Part shown: positions 18,652 to 29,304 of the stretch, in pieces
Layout: every line of letters starts with the position of its first letter
Numbering within the stretch: the stretch's first letter is position 1
Source: a virus
Taxonomy: Duplodnaviria; Caudoviricetes
Strand: one strand, 5' to 3'
Virus record (IMG/VR): IMGVR_UViG_3300005841_000037
Span: 611-64,610 of that record
DNA: 64,000 nucleotides
Notes under the pieces: generated by a model
Told to the model about the DNA's origin: nothing
Seen by the model: only the letters and a program-made list of their open reading frames with translations
Database searches by the model: none
Program-made: the position numbers and the translations under genes

Positions 18652-18885
18652 CTACCTTTCGTGCGGTTTTGCCTGCCGAGCCGCGAACAGCGCTTCCATC
18701 GACTCGGAAAAATGGTTCCGGCCCCGCGCATGCGCGAGGTTCTCTGTCACCCGGTCGGTGCGCAACAGCCGCCGCCGGGTGTCGTCGAGATCAAGTGTTG
18801 CACGCTCAACCGCATCGAGAGCGCGCTGGCGGTCGGCCCTGACCTGCGCGGACTCCCACGGGGGCCAACCCCAGCGCCACGGCAT
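18652..18885 (-). CDS. hypothetical lysis-region protein
   Basis: GGGAG RBS; RNHFSE motif. Confidence 0.6.
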   Translation of the reverse strand: MPWRWGWPPWESAQVRADRQRALDAVERATLDLDDTRRRLLRTDRVTENLAHARGRNHFSESMEALFAARQAKPHER

Positions 18886-18889
18886 CGTG

Positions 18890-19291
18890 TTACTCCCCAC
18901 CACTTCCGGGAGGATCCCAGTTGCCCCATTGTGATGCCCGCGGAGTCGGATCTTGACCGTGGTCACCCCTACGGTTACTCTGCGCACCCTTCGGGTTGCG
19001 CCCGGCTCGGCCGACGGGTCCCGGCGTCGGCACCGACGACGGCTGCGGCAGTGCCCGCACGAAGCGTTCGAACGTCTCCATGCCGTCGGTCACCTTCTCC
19101 AGCTGCTTGAGCAGCAGATCATTCCGGGCCCGTTCCGTCACCAGCGCGTCGAGGACGTCCTCATACGTCTTCCGCGGCACCAGGTCGCCTTTCAGGATGA
19201 ACCTCGAAACGCCGAGGAGCGTCCAGAAGGCGACCGCCCAGCCACTGCCGTTCAGGATCTTGTCGAAGGGCACCGCATCGAACCAGTCCAC
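18890..19291 (-). CDS. membrane protein
   Basis: N-terminal TM, GDLVPR, coiled coil. Confidence 0.6.
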   Translation of the reverse strand: MDWFDAVPFDKILNGSGWAVAFWTLLGVSRFILKGDLVPRKTYEDVLDALVTERARNDLLLKQLEKVTDGMETFERFVRALPQPSSVPTPGPVGRAGRNPKGAQSNRRGDHGQDPTPRASQWGNWDPPGSGGE

Positions 19292-19336
19292 GGTGTCGCC
19301 CCCCGTTACGTGCAGTTGTGCAACTGTTAGAGCAGT

Positions 19337-20227
19337 TTACTGACCGGGGGTGGCGACGGGGGCGACGACGGGGCCGCGCTCGACCTCCAAGGTCAGGTGG
19401 CCGGGGTAGACGTCGCCGCCGGGCTTGACCGGGACGCGCCGCACGTCGAGGCCGGTCGTGTCCTTCGGGAGTTCGACGCTGACCAGCTCGCCGCCCTTGA
19501 TGAGCCGCTCGCCATTGGTCCAGCGGTCGCCCGCGAGGGGCTCCCAGACGTCCGGCTGGCCCTTGGACAGGAACACCCGCACCTTGTACTGGGTGTCGCC
19601 GGTGGCGTTGCAGAGCCGCAGCCACGCCCGCCGCGGGTCGGCAACGCCGCCCTGGACGGCCGGGAGGGTGATGGAGGTGATGCCCTCACGCTCGATCGCG
19701 ATCGGGGGGAAGCTTGCGCCCATGTCGTCCTCGTCTTCCGCGGCGATGCCGCTCGTGGTGGCCGTGCGGCCGATCGTCTGCCAGTCCTGCTCGCCGTCGG
19801 CACGCGCATCGCCGACGACGGAGAGGTGGCCGTGCGTGAAGTGCTTGTCACCGTTTTTGGGGTTGTACGGCCGCCAGGTCCACGCCCCGTAGCCGCTCAC
19901 GGCGTAGCTGGAGTAGATCTGCCCGTTGGAGATCCCGTACTTCACCCGCGCATCCCTCGACCGCCGGATGTCATCGAGCACCTGATGCGCGTCGAGCCCC
20001 AGGTCAGGCCGGTTGGGGAAGTCCCCGGCGGTGACGATCTGGTTGCCCCAGCCGGGGAAGTTTTTCGCCAGGTGGTCGCCGGTGGTGTGCGCCGGGTCGC
20101 CGATGAGGCCCCACTCGTCGGCACCGACCTGGCCGGGGGTGCCCGCCTTGCGGGGCGCGGCCTTCGGCGCGGCCTTCTGCAGCTGCCGCTGGAGCTTCAG
20201 CAGCGACCGGGCCGCCCGCCAGGCCAC
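19337..20227 (-). CDS. endolysin, putative Zn peptidase
   Basis: WRAARSL..IGDPAH...DH...AGD...HFTHGHLSV; lies between tail genes and holins. Confidence 0.65.
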   Translation of the reverse strand: MAWRAARSLLKLQRQLQKAAPKAAPRKAGTPGQVGADEWGLIGDPAHTTGDHLAKNFPGWGNQIVTAGDFPNRPDLGLDAHQVLDDIRRSRDARVKYGISNGQIYSSYAVSGYGAWTWRPYNPKNGDKHFTHGHLSVVGDARADGEQDWQTIGRTATTSGIAAEDEDDMGASFPPIAIEREGITSITLPAVQGGVADPRRAWLRLCNATGDTQYKVRVFLSKGQPDVWEPLAGDRWTNGERLIKGGELVSVELPKDTTGLDVRRVPVKPGGDVYPGHLTLEVERGPVVAPVATPGQ

Positions 20228-20394
20228 TAGCCGACCGGCTTGTCGTCGGCGCCCGGTTCGACGCTGATGGTGTACGACCGTCCGGCCACGTCGACGGTCA
20301 GGGTGCTGCCGTCGGCGGCGAGCGCCCCGACAACGCCCTGACCTTCCAGGTCGGTCTTGATCTGCTGCAGCAGCGCTGCACTGTGGTCTGCCAT
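20227..20394 (-). CDS. hypothetical protein
   Basis: AAGGAGG RBS, 55 aa. Confidence 0.6.
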   Translation of the reverse strand: MADHSAALLQQIKTDLEGQGVVGALAADGSTLTVDVAGRSYTISVEPGADDKPVG

Positions 20395-20435
20395 GACTGC
20401 CTCCTTCTCGAACAAGTGTGCGGTACGCGGTGTGC

Positions 20436-20987
20436 TTACGTCACGTTCGGCGCGAACGGCCACGACGCGGCCGGGCCGACGTCAGTCACCACCAGGGCCC
20501 GCGGCCGGATCGTGTCGGCATCGGACACGCATGTGCCGGTGTTCGTGTCCAGGCCCAGGACCAGGGTTACCGTGAGCGGCGTTGACGCCGTGTTCCGCAT
20601 GTAGATCTTGCCGTAGTGGTTGACGCCCAGCGTCTCCGTCCGGGTGCGGTAAAAAGCGCCGATCTGCGGCGGCGTCGACACCACGGTCTTCCACAGCGAG
20701 TAGTTGGCCAGCACGCCGCCGGACGAGCCGACCGAGCCACCGATGTTCTCGATCGAGTAAGCCCGCCCGGCGCCGAGCACACACCCGGACAAGGTCAGAA
20801 CCGCGGTGATCGACGTGCCGATCGACGACGAGGGCAGGACCGACGACGCACTCTGCGCCGTGGTCAGCAGCTCCAGGTCGGTAACGTCGTCGTGGAGGTC
20901 GTTGACCGCCTCGGTGACGTCGGCGATCCACTGCGGGTCGAGCACCTCGCCGTCGGCGACGGCAACGATGGGAAACGTGACGGTCAT
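20436..20987 (-). CDS. minor tail protein
   Basis: Position after tail genes; beta-rich; VTDVGP end motif. Confidence 0.6.
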   Translation of the reverse strand: MTVTFPIVAVADGEVLDPQWIADVTEAVNDLHDDVTDLELLTTAQSASSVLPSSSIGTSITAVLTLSGCVLGAGRAYSIENIGGSVGSSGGVLANYSLWKTVVSTPPQIGAFYRTRTETLGVNHYGKIYMRNTASTPLTVTLVLGLDTNTGTCVSDADTIRPRALVVTDVGPAASWPFAPNVT

Positions 20988-21006
20988 CAGCAGACCCTTT
21001 CCGTGA

Positions 21007-24000
21007 TCATGAGCTGGGCCCGACGATGGACCGGCCGACGAGGCTTTCGCCGACGATGCAGATGGGATACGTCTTCCGGGCGACGACCTGCTGCGTGTAG
21101 GCGGCGCCAGACCCGGCGTGCCGCACCGACTGGAGCCGCCACAGGCTGCCGTCGGTGCCGGACTCGGTGTCGACGAACTGCGAGAGGTCGCCCGGCTGGC
21201 GGCGCGCGTCGGCGACGACGGTCACGCCGGACGAGTCGTCGCCGACCGTGGTCATCGGCAGCCGCAGGTTCGTTTTCAGGTTGCGGGCCAGGCGGCGCGC
21301 GGACTCGCTCGTCTGCACGCCCCCGGCGGAGACGGAGAGGCTGCGCTCACCCCGGCGGACGGAGACCGCGGACAGGTCCGTGTCGGTGGCATACGTTTGC
21401 ACCGTCGACACCGGCAGGCCTGCCAGCGCCAGCGCTGGAAGGTTCACCCCGTTCGCCAAGTAGTAGGTGAACAGCGACGAGTTGCTGAACTGGATCAACG
21501 CCTCACCGGCGTTCCAGCCGACCACGGTGGCACTGATCGACGCCGTGGTGTAGCCGCCGGAGCCGTCCGACGCCAGGTTGTAGGAGGCGTACGACGTGCT
21601 GGGGTCCGCCGTGGCCGACGCGGGGATCGTGGTGCTGTCCACGGCGGTGATGATCTGGTTGAGGCCGACGATCGGCGCCGAGAACGTCACCCGCAGCGTT
21701 GTCATGCCCGGCGGGATCGCGATTTCCTGGTTGGTGGGCAGCTCGTAGGCCCGCCGGTACAGCCCCGCCTCCGCGGTGAATCCCGGCACGCTGGCCTCCG
21801 AGTACGACACGCTGACGGCGTTGCGGATCCGGGCCGGGTCGTTGTCGACGTCGAAGGACCCGCTGTTGAGTGCCGACGACACGGCCAGCGCCGAAACCTG
21901 CTGCTGCTCGGGCTTCACCCACCAGCTCAGCGGCAGATATTGGAACTGGTCCAGTTCGTCACAGCGCATTGCTGCCAGTTCGCTCTGCGCGTAGGAGGCC
22001 GCGAACTCCCAGATCTCCCGCGGCTTCGTCTCGCACAGGGCGACGAGCTTGTTCCGGGACAGCCCGACCTGGGCGGTCGGCGCGAAGTCGGCGTGGTTGC
22101 GCCAGCGGGGGAAGTCGTCGGGGTTCGCCTGCGCGCCAGTGGAGAAGGTGAAGTCGCTGAACGGCAGGTACGACAGGATGAACGAGTTGGTGATATCGAA
22201 GTTGTTGACATTGTTGTTGGGCAGGTTCGTCGTGGCCAGCGACGCGGATGCCGACCCGACGGTGTTGTCCATGCAGGTCCAGAGCTTGTCCGAGTCGAAG
22301 TCGTAGGCGGCGCCGATGAAATGCCATTCCCCGTCGAGCGGCAGCTGCGGGCCGGTGAGGGTTTTCGCCCCGGTGACGGCATCGTTGACGGTGATGTAGA
22401 CGCGGCGCTGCACGTCGAGGCCCATCTGGGCTGACGCCGAGTTTGTCACGTTGATCATCTGCAGCTTGAGCAGCGCGGTGACGTTCGACGATCCGCCCGG
22501 GGCCTGACTCCAGTCGGTGGTGTCACCCTTCACCCAGGCTTCGAGACGACCCTTGTGGCCGCCGACGGTGAGCGCGGCGGGCTGGCCGTCGGACTGGTCG
22601 AACGGCGGATTCTGGGTGTAGGCCCGGCGGGACCGGGCCGCCCGTAGCTGCAGGTCGGGTGCGGTAACGTACGGCCCCTCGATCCAGTCGGCGTCTTCCA
22701 GGGACGTGCCGGAGGCGAACGTGCCGCCGGAGGCGATCTCGACGACGTTCCACCGCTCGATGCCGCTGGTGGCGAGCCGGTTGCCATCGGGGTATCCGGC
22801 GTCGTGGAACCGCCACAGGGAGCCGTGGTTGGGGTAGTACAGCGTCGTGTACCCGTCCCGCGGCTTCGGCCCGGCGTAGATGCCCGCCTGGGCGACCGCC
22901 CACGACACCGGCCAGCAGGCCCGCAGGCCACCCGCGTACCGGGCCGGGAACGCGAACGGCCGGACCTGCCGCATGAGCTTCATCCTGGTCGCCGACACCG
23001 TTTTCAGCTGCGCCTTGCCGCCCTTGACGGGGATGTTGACGGTCTGGCCGGTGAAGATCCGCACGTATTTGATGCCCGCATCGGTGACGAGGCCTGTGTC
23101 GAGGGTGAACCCGGCCAGGTCGCGCTCGACGCCGTACAGCGGTGAGTCGGCCCGCAGCGGCGACCAGAACTCGACGCCACGCAACTGGTTCCAGGTGATG
23201 GCGGTGAACACCAGGGCGGCCATGGTGGCGTCGGTGACGGCCCCGGCGCCGGTCGTCGCCGTCTTCGTGTAGGACCCGGCGGCGCGCACCGTGGGGTCGT
23301 AGTTGAGTTCGGCGTTGACGTTGAGGGCGCCGTTGCCGCCGACGGCATCCCGGATCTCGGTGTCCCCGCTCGGCGGCACCCAGTTCGCGGCACCGGCGGA
23401 TCCGCGGGCGAACGCCGACACGATCAGCGCTGCCTCCGTCGGGGCCCGGGTCGGGGCGGCCGCCACGGTGACGGCCGGGGCCGACAGCGACGGGCCGACC
23501 CCGGCGTTCGCAACGATCGACGCCGTGGTCAGCTCCATGTCGACCTGCTGATCCTTGCCGTCGCGCAGGCCGACGGCGGCGGCAATGATCGTGTAGGTGG
23601 TCGGGGCCGTCCCGGCGAACGAAAACACCACCGACGCACCGCTGGCGGCCAGGTCCGCCGACACCTTCCGCACGTACACGGTGGTGAAGACGGTGACGTC
23701 GGCCGCCGACATGACCTGCTCGAACAGTTCGTCGTTGCAGTCGATGGTTGCGAGGACGTTGCGCACGTTGACGGTGACGACGATCCACTCACCGGCGCGG
23801 GGGCCGCCGCTGGCCGTCGGCGGGATGACGAGGGTGTCGGCGAAGCCGGTGCCGGTGCCGTTGACGACCTGTGCCGACCACGATGATGCCGCCGACACCA
23901 CCGTGCGGGACGGGGCCCGGCCGGTGAGTTCGGTCTCGAACTCCGGCACGGACGTGCCGGACACGAAACTGACCGTGTTCGGATAGCCGTCGTCGAGGTC

Positions 24001-24159
24001 GTGCGCGACCTCCCAGTCCTGGGAGATCTGCGACGACAGATCATCGAGGGTCTTGTCGGCGGTGTAGCCGTACCCGGAGAAGTCGGCTCGCGCCCGCGGT
24101 GGCACCCACGTGCGGTGGCTGACCACGGCGGCGGCGTAGTCGCTGCCAGCGTCCTGCAT
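21007..24159 (-). CDS. large minor tail / hub protein with LamG-like domain
   Basis: AGGAGG RBS, 1050 aa; DGEWHFIGAAYD LamG-like motif; IRNAVSV. Confidence 0.75.
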   Translation of the reverse strand: MQDAGSDYAAAVVSHRTWVPPRARADFSGYGYTADKTLDDLSSQISQDWEVAHDLDDGYPNTVSFVSGTSVPEFETELTGRAPSRTVVSAASSWSAQVVNGTGTGFADTLVIPPTASGGPRAGEWIVVTVNVRNVLATIDCNDELFEQVMSAADVTVFTTVYVRKVSADLAASGASVVFSFAGTAPTTYTIIAAAVGLRDGKDQQVDMELTTASIVANAGVGPSLSAPAVTVAAAPTRAPTEAALIVSAFARGSAGAANWVPPSGDTEIRDAVGGNGALNVNAELNYDPTVRAAGSYTKTATTGAGAVTDATMAALVFTAITWNQLRGVEFWSPLRADSPLYGVERDLAGFTLDTGLVTDAGIKYVRIFTGQTVNIPVKGGKAQLKTVSATRMKLMRQVRPFAFPARYAGGLRACWPVSWAVAQAGIYAGPKPRDGYTTLYYPNHGSLWRFHDAGYPDGNRLATSGIERWNVVEIASGGTFASGTSLEDADWIEGPYVTAPDLQLRAARSRRAYTQNPPFDQSDGQPAALTVGGHKGRLEAWVKGDTTDWSQAPGGSSNVTALLKLQMINVTNSASAQMGLDVQRRVYITVNDAVTGAKTLTGPQLPLDGEWHFIGAAYDFDSDKLWTCMDNTVGSASASLATTNLPNNNVNNFDITNSFILSYLPFSDFTFSTGAQANPDDFPRWRNHADFAPTAQVGLSRNKLVALCETKPREIWEFAASYAQSELAAMRCDELDQFQYLPLSWWVKPEQQQVSALAVSSALNSGSFDVDNDPARIRNAVSVSYSEASVPGFTAEAGLYRRAYELPTNQEIAIPPGMTTLRVTFSAPIVGLNQIITAVDSTTIPASATADPSTSYASYNLASDGSGGYTTASISATVVGWNAGEALIQFSNSSLFTYYLANGVNLPALALAGLPVSTVQTYATDTDLSAVSVRRGERSLSVSAGGVQTSESARRLARNLKTNLRLPMTTVGDDSSGVTVVADARRQPGDLSQFVDTESGTDGSLWRLQSVRHAGSGAAYTQQVVARKTYPICIVGESLVGRSIVGPSS

Positions 24160-24167
24160 GCCGCCTC

Positions 24168-25091
24168 CTAGGTGACGTCTTCGGCGAAGACCACGGTTGG
24201 GCTGACCCGCAGTTCGGGGCTCAGGAACGGCCACGCCTCCGGCCCGGCGACGAGGCGGACCGGCCAGACGCCGGTGCCGTGCGCGAACGTCGTGTCGGGG
24301 GTGGTGCCTTCGTTGAGCATGAACTGCCGGAAGCGGATCAGCGTTCCGGGCGAGGCCCCCGACAGGTAGTTGATCTTCCAGTCGGCGTAGACGGCACCGA
24401 CGGGCGGGGTGCCGGTCGCATAGCCCTGCGTCGACGCCGACACGGACGTCGTCACCGGGCCACTGCCCGCGGTCGAGGCGGTGACCTGGCTGCCGGTCGC
24501 GTCCCGCCAGATGATCTGGGGCTGGATGGTGTAGACGGCGCCGGAGCTGCGGACCGTGAAGGAGAAGCACAGCGGCCGCCCAGCGACGACGGGCACACCG
24601 TACTGGTACCAGCTCGACGGCCAGTCCGCGGTGATGTACGCCGCCGCCGACGCACCCGGAGAGGCGTTGGCGAAGTTCCAGAAGAGGCCGCGGGGGCCGA
24701 TCGTGTCCAGGGGGGTGACGAGCCCGGACGTGATCGTGCAGCCGGACCCGGCGACAGCGAAGTTGGTGGTGTCGTTGGTGAGGGAGGTGCTGCTCGACAT
24801 GTTGGCGGGCAACATGTTGCGCTGGCCCGGGTCGAGGAGCACGAACGGGCCGGGCCCCTGGTGGCCGTCGAGGAAGCCCTGCAGGTAGATCCAGTCCTCA
24901 CGGAACAACTGGTCGTAGTTGAGGGTGTAGACCCGGGCCCCGCCCAGCATCTGGTCGACGGCGGTGCCGCCGACGCCCAGCTCGAACGTGGCGGTGCGCC
25001 GCTGCCGGGGCGCCTCGAAGTTGCCCCGCGGCGACCGGATGGCGGTCAGCTGGCCGAGCCGCCCGAGGTAGATCCTGGAATCGAAGGCCAT
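24168..25091 (-). CDS. distal tail / minor tail protein with carbohydrate-binding insert
   Basis: Directly after tape measure; beta-rich insert. Confidence 0.7.
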   Translation of the reverse strand: MAFDSRIYLGRLGQLTAIRSPRGNFEAPRQRRTATFELGVGGTAVDQMLGGARVYTLNYDQLFREDWIYLQGFLDGHQGPGPFVLLDPGQRNMLPANMSSSTSLTNDTTNFAVAGSGCTITSGLVTPLDTIGPRGLFWNFANASPGASAAAYITADWPSSWYQYGVPVVAGRPLCFSFTVRSSGAVYTIQPQIIWRDATGSQVTASTAGSGPVTTSVSASTQGYATGTPPVGAVYADWKINYLSGASPGTLIRFRQFMLNEGTTPDTTFAHGTGVWPVRLVAGPEAWPFLSPELRVSPTVVFAEDVT

Positions 25092-25093
25092 GC

Positions 25094-27823
25094 CTACCCT
25101 CCGGCCGTGGTGATGACGGACCGGCCGGTGTTCGTCCAGCCGGTGCGGGTGCGGTTGCCGACCTGGGCGGCGGCGGCCACCGTAGCCGCGCTGTCCATGA
25201 GGACCACGGGGATGGCGCGGCGGATGCCGTCGCCGAGGTCGGCCAGGAGGGTGACACCGCCGACGGAGACGTTCGGCGCGGCGACGTTGACTGTGGGGCG
25301 CATGCCGCTGATCATGTCGGCGGTGTTGCCGAGGTAGCGCTGCAGCTGCGGCTCGGTGTCCTGCATGCCCCGCATGACGCCGGGCAGGATCCAGTGCCCG
25401 ACTTCTTTCTGCATGACCTTCGACGGGGAGCCGATGTCGAGGGCGTCGAGGAAGCCCTGCTTGATCCGCTGCGCCGCCGCCTTCGCCTTGTTGACTGCCC
25501 AGCTGAGCATGTCCTCGATGCCGTTGGCCAGGCCGCGGATCATGTCTTTACCGGCGCTGACCAGCCACGACCCGGCGCCGGACAGGGCCGAGGTGACCCT
25601 GCCAGGAATGCTGCGCACGAAGTTCATCATCCCGTCAATGCCGGAGCTGACCTCCTGCTTCACCCAGTTCCAGGCCCGGGAGAAGACGCCCGCCAGCATC
25701 GAGCCGAGGCTCGACAGGGCGCCCGTCACCTGGCCCGGCAGGGCCTTTGCGCGGGCCACCAGGTCGTTGACCGTCGCCGAGGTGACCATCTTGACCCAGT
25801 CCCAGGCGGCCGAGAACGCCCCGGTGATCCACCCCCAGAAGCCGGACAGGGCGGCCATGACGAGGCCCGGGAACGCGTTCCACAGCGCCACCAGGAAGTT
25901 GATGGCGCCGGTCACGGTGTTGATGAGCCAGGCCACGCCCATCGAGACGTAGGCGGGAATGTCGACCATCCACAGCTTCACGAAGAAGCCCGCGATGTAG
26001 CCGAGGCCGTACAGGATGGCGTTCGCCAGCCACGACAGGCCGTTGGCGATCATGCCGGGCAGGGCCATGATGAAGCCGCCGATGAGTGCGGGCAGCGATG
26101 CGAACCAGTTGACGATCTTGCCGCCCCACTCGACGACGAAATTGAAGGCGGTCACTAGACCGTTCCAAATCATGACAAAGAACCCACCAACGGCGGACGC
26201 CGCCGAGGTGATGCCGCCCCAGATGGTGGTGCCGAGCCACGCGAACCAGGTGCCGACGGCCTTGACCCCGCCAACGATGTTTTCCCACAAGTTCGAGAAG
26301 AACGGCCCGATCCCGCGGACGAAGCTGAAGACCATGTTGAGGCCCTTGTAGGCGGCCACGGTGGAGCCGAGCAGGGCCACGAAGGCATTGCCCGCCCAGT
26401 GCACGAGCACGCCGAGGTTGTGCAGCGTCTCCTGGCCTTCGGCGCTTTTCAGGTACTCGTTGACCTTGGCGATGGCGTCACCCATGCCGCGGAGCGTGTC
26501 GGTGCCTTCGTCCCCCAGGGATGAAAGGATAGTGCCCGCGAACTCGCCGAGGCCTTTCAGGACGTTCCAGAGCTTCACGCCGACGTTCCAGGCGCGCTCC
26601 ATCCACCCGGTGAACTTGCCGCCGGGGGCGGTGATCTTGACCATCCAATCGGCGGCTGCCTGCAGGCCGTCGGCGAGTACCGAGACGAACTTCAGCACCC
26701 ACGGCAGACCGGCGTTGATCAGGGCGAGAAAGCCGCCGAAGGCGTTGACGAGCGGTTCGGCCAGGGTGTCGATGATGCGCGTCGTCGTGTAGAACAGGTT
26801 GTTGATCATCTCGATGGTGCCGGGTGCGGACAGGAGCTGCAGGAATAGCGCAATCAGGTGGCCGAGGGCACCGGCGACGCCGGACATGCCGGTCGCGAGG
26901 GCCGGGAGCAGTGTCGAGCCGAGCTTGTCGAACTGGCCGATCAGCTGATTGAACAGCGACTCCTGCGTGATGCGCTTGATCTCTTTCAGCGCCGGGCCGA
27001 GCTTCACGAATTCCTTGGCCACGGTGCGCGCCGACGGCGTGAGCCCCTTGAGTGCCTCGTTGAACTTCTCCACGTCACCGGACAGGCCTGCACCGACGGC
27101 CTCGCCGAAGCCCTGGAAGGCGACGATGGCGGGCGCGATCGCGGCGACGAGCACGCCCAGGGCCGCGGGCAGTGCCAGGGCGGCCGCTGCGAGGTGCGTC
27201 AGCGCCCCGGCCAGGCCGAGCGCGATGGGGATGGCCGCGCCCATGGCGGCGAACTGGATGACACCGCCCGCCCCACCGGCGGCGGAACTTAGGGAGCTGA
27301 ACGCGCCCGACGCGCTCTTCCACAGCTCCTTGGCCTTGTCGAGGCCGTCGGAGACAGCGCTGGAAATGCCGCTGGCAATGCCGGAGAACAGGGCTTTGCC
27401 GCCGGAGAACAGGTTCGACAGGCCCGATCCGAGGCCAGAGAAGGCTTTGCCGACGAGGCCGCGGGCGCGGCGTAGCGCGCCGGTGAGGCCGCCGAGAATG
27501 GACCGGCCGATGCTGGCCCCGCCGCCGCCCTTGCCACCGCCGAACAGCGCGGCCAGCACGTTGCGGCGGCGGCCCTCCTCCTGGGCGACGTTGAATGCGC
27601 GGTTGGCGAACGCTTTGAACGTCCGGTCAATGTCGCCCCCGGACCGTTCGAGGCCTTTTACGTAGCCTTTGCCGGACTTCTCGCCGGACTGACTGAACGC
27701 CTTTTCCTCGGCTTTCAGCTCACCGTCGACCTCTTTGAAGAAGCGCCGGACATCGGCGAGGGCGCCGTCGACGTCGGCCTCGATGTCGAGATAGCCCTCA
27801 GCAATTTCGAAGCCTTTCGCCAC
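25094..27823 (-). CDS. tape measure protein
   Basis: 909 aa Ala/Gly-rich, periodic W/F repeats, LDIGSPSKVM motif. Confidence 0.92.
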   Translation of the reverse strand: MAKGFEIAEGYLDIEADVDGALADVRRFFKEVDGELKAEEKAFSQSGEKSGKGYVKGLERSGGDIDRTFKAFANRAFNVAQEEGRRRNVLAALFGGGKGGGGASIGRSILGGLTGALRRARGLVGKAFSGLGSGLSNLFSGGKALFSGIASGISSAVSDGLDKAKELWKSASGAFSSLSSAAGGAGGVIQFAAMGAAIPIALGLAGALTHLAAAALALPAALGVLVAAIAPAIVAFQGFGEAVGAGLSGDVEKFNEALKGLTPSARTVAKEFVKLGPALKEIKRITQESLFNQLIGQFDKLGSTLLPALATGMSGVAGALGHLIALFLQLLSAPGTIEMINNLFYTTTRIIDTLAEPLVNAFGGFLALINAGLPWVLKFVSVLADGLQAAADWMVKITAPGGKFTGWMERAWNVGVKLWNVLKGLGEFAGTILSSLGDEGTDTLRGMGDAIAKVNEYLKSAEGQETLHNLGVLVHWAGNAFVALLGSTVAAYKGLNMVFSFVRGIGPFFSNLWENIVGGVKAVGTWFAWLGTTIWGGITSAASAVGGFFVMIWNGLVTAFNFVVEWGGKIVNWFASLPALIGGFIMALPGMIANGLSWLANAILYGLGYIAGFFVKLWMVDIPAYVSMGVAWLINTVTGAINFLVALWNAFPGLVMAALSGFWGWITGAFSAAWDWVKMVTSATVNDLVARAKALPGQVTGALSSLGSMLAGVFSRAWNWVKQEVSSGIDGMMNFVRSIPGRVTSALSGAGSWLVSAGKDMIRGLANGIEDMLSWAVNKAKAAAQRIKQGFLDALDIGSPSKVMQKEVGHWILPGVMRGMQDTEPQLQRYLGNTADMISGMRPTVNVAAPNVSVGGVTLLADLGDGIRRAIPVVLMDSAATVAAAAQVGNRTRTGWTNTGRSVITTAGG

Positions 27824-27838
27824 CGTCGCCCCCTTCCG

Positions 27839-28160
27839 TCAGCCGAACTGGATGATGCCGTCGAGCGCGGCCCCCGCCAGGGCGGGCACCTTGTGCAGTT
27901 CGCCCGCGGGCACCGGGACGATTTCCCGGCCCGCGACCCCCTGCGCTTCCCTGCGTTTCTCCTCGTTGCGCGCCTGCCGTTCGGCTACCGCCCGCATCGC
28001 CCCCTTGTAGGCGGGGAGGCGGAACGCGAACCGGTAGAACTTCCCGGCCTCCATCCGCCACATGTCGTCGATGCGGTGGATGGCTGATAGGTCAGATTCG
28101 ATGTCCGCGAGGTGGTCGAGGACCCATCCGACCTGCTCAGCGCGCTTTAGCCATTTTTTT
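27839..28160 (-). CDS. tail assembly chaperone, -1 frameshift extension (gpGT-like)
   Basis: Slippery A-AAA-AAT at 28153-28160; -1 frame KWLKRAEQVGWVLDHLADIESDLSAIHRID..RLPAYKGA. Confidence 0.8.
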
Positions 28161-28641
28161 CGCCGTTGTCCTCCAGGGTGCCCATGATCTTTTTGAGGAC
28201 CTTGTTCATGATCCCCTGGAGCTGCTGCGGGGTGATCAGGTCGGGCCGCTCGACCGCGAGGTCCTTGAGCGCCGTCCAGCCCTGGCCGATGGCGAGCTTC
28301 AGCACGCGGCCGACGGCGACGTCCCGGCCCTCGTCGAGAGCATCGAGGTAGACGATGCTGTAGCCGGGCGGGAACTCGACCGGGATGAAATACGGCATGC
28401 CGTCGATGGCGAACAGCCGCTCCATCGGGATCGCGGGCGCCGGGGTGCTGGTGTCGAAGTCGAGGTCGTCGTCGGGGTCCGCCGTGGTGGTGCCTGCGCC
28501 ACGGGCGGTGCCCAGCGCGGGCGCCGAGTAGAAGTCGGCCAGGTCGGGGTGGAGCAGGTTGGCGTTGGCCGGGGGCGCCACCTTCGCGGTACCCCCGGCC
28601 TTCTTGGTTGCCTTGCGTGCCGGTGCTGTCGGTGCTGCCAT
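28147..28641 (-). CDS. tail assembly chaperone (gpG-like)
   Basis: Between major tail and tape measure; LFAIDG..Y.IP. Confidence 0.8.
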   Translation of the reverse strand: MAAPTAPARKATKKAGGTAKVAPPANANLLHPDLADFYSAPALGTARGAGTTTADPDDDLDFDTSTPAPAIPMERLFAIDGMPYFIPVEFPPGYSIVYLDALDEGRDVAVGRVLKLAIGQGWTALKDLAVERPDLITPQQLQGIMNKVLKKIMGTLEDNGEKNG

Positions 28642-28683
28642 GGGATCTGCCTCTCCCTCGGACGGTCAGGGGATATAGATGAT

Positions 28684-29268
28684 CTACGATTCGTCAATGA
28701 TCCTAAACGGCGCCACCGTGTCGGAGACGTAGTGGCTGGTGAACGTCACCGGGACCAGGGTAAGTTCGTCCTTTTTGTACGACATTTCGACGTTCTCCGT
28801 CGAGATCGCCTTCCGCAGGATGAACCGGCGGCGCTTCGACACGCCCGCGGCGTTGGCCGGGGCGTAGCCGTCGAAGAGGACGGCGATGTACGTCGGCTGC
28901 AGCTCGGTACCGTCGTAGGTCGGTTCGTAGAAGCTGTAGCCGCTGGCCGTGGTGATGGTGCCGCCGTTGAGGCCCAGCGTGAAGTTCGCCAGCGTCGCCT
29001 CGGCGAGGTTGGCGTTGATCTGCAGCTCACGCTCGGTCGTCTTCGTGCCGATGCGGTCGGCCAGCTGGTCGACCCGCATCTCGCTGAAGGACTGGTTGAT
29101 CGTGATCGTGATGCCGTCGCTGGTGAAGCCGGTGTACGTCCACGCGCTGGCCTGCGGCACGCTGTTGACCGCGGCCAGGCCGGGCTCGAAGGCGCCAGTG
29201 GCGGAGAAGACGCCGGTGTACATCCGGCCCGTGCCTTGAATGACCTGATACGCCTGACCGTTAGGCAT
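28684..29268 (-). CDS. major tail protein
   Basis: W..TGFTSDGIT..VDQ..LAEATLAN; GAGGAG RBS. Confidence 0.85.
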   Translation of the reverse strand: MPNGQAYQVIQGTGRMYTGVFSATGAFEPGLAAVNSVPQASAWTYTGFTSDGITITINQSFSEMRVDQLADRIGTKTTERELQINANLAEATLANFTLGLNGGTITTASGYSFYEPTYDGTELQPTYIAVLFDGYAPANAAGVSKRRRFILRKAISTENVEMSYKKDELTLVPVTFTSHYVSDTVAPFRIIDES

Positions 29269-29304
29269 GTGCTACTCCTCGTGTTGGGTAATGCCCTGCC
29301 GCGT

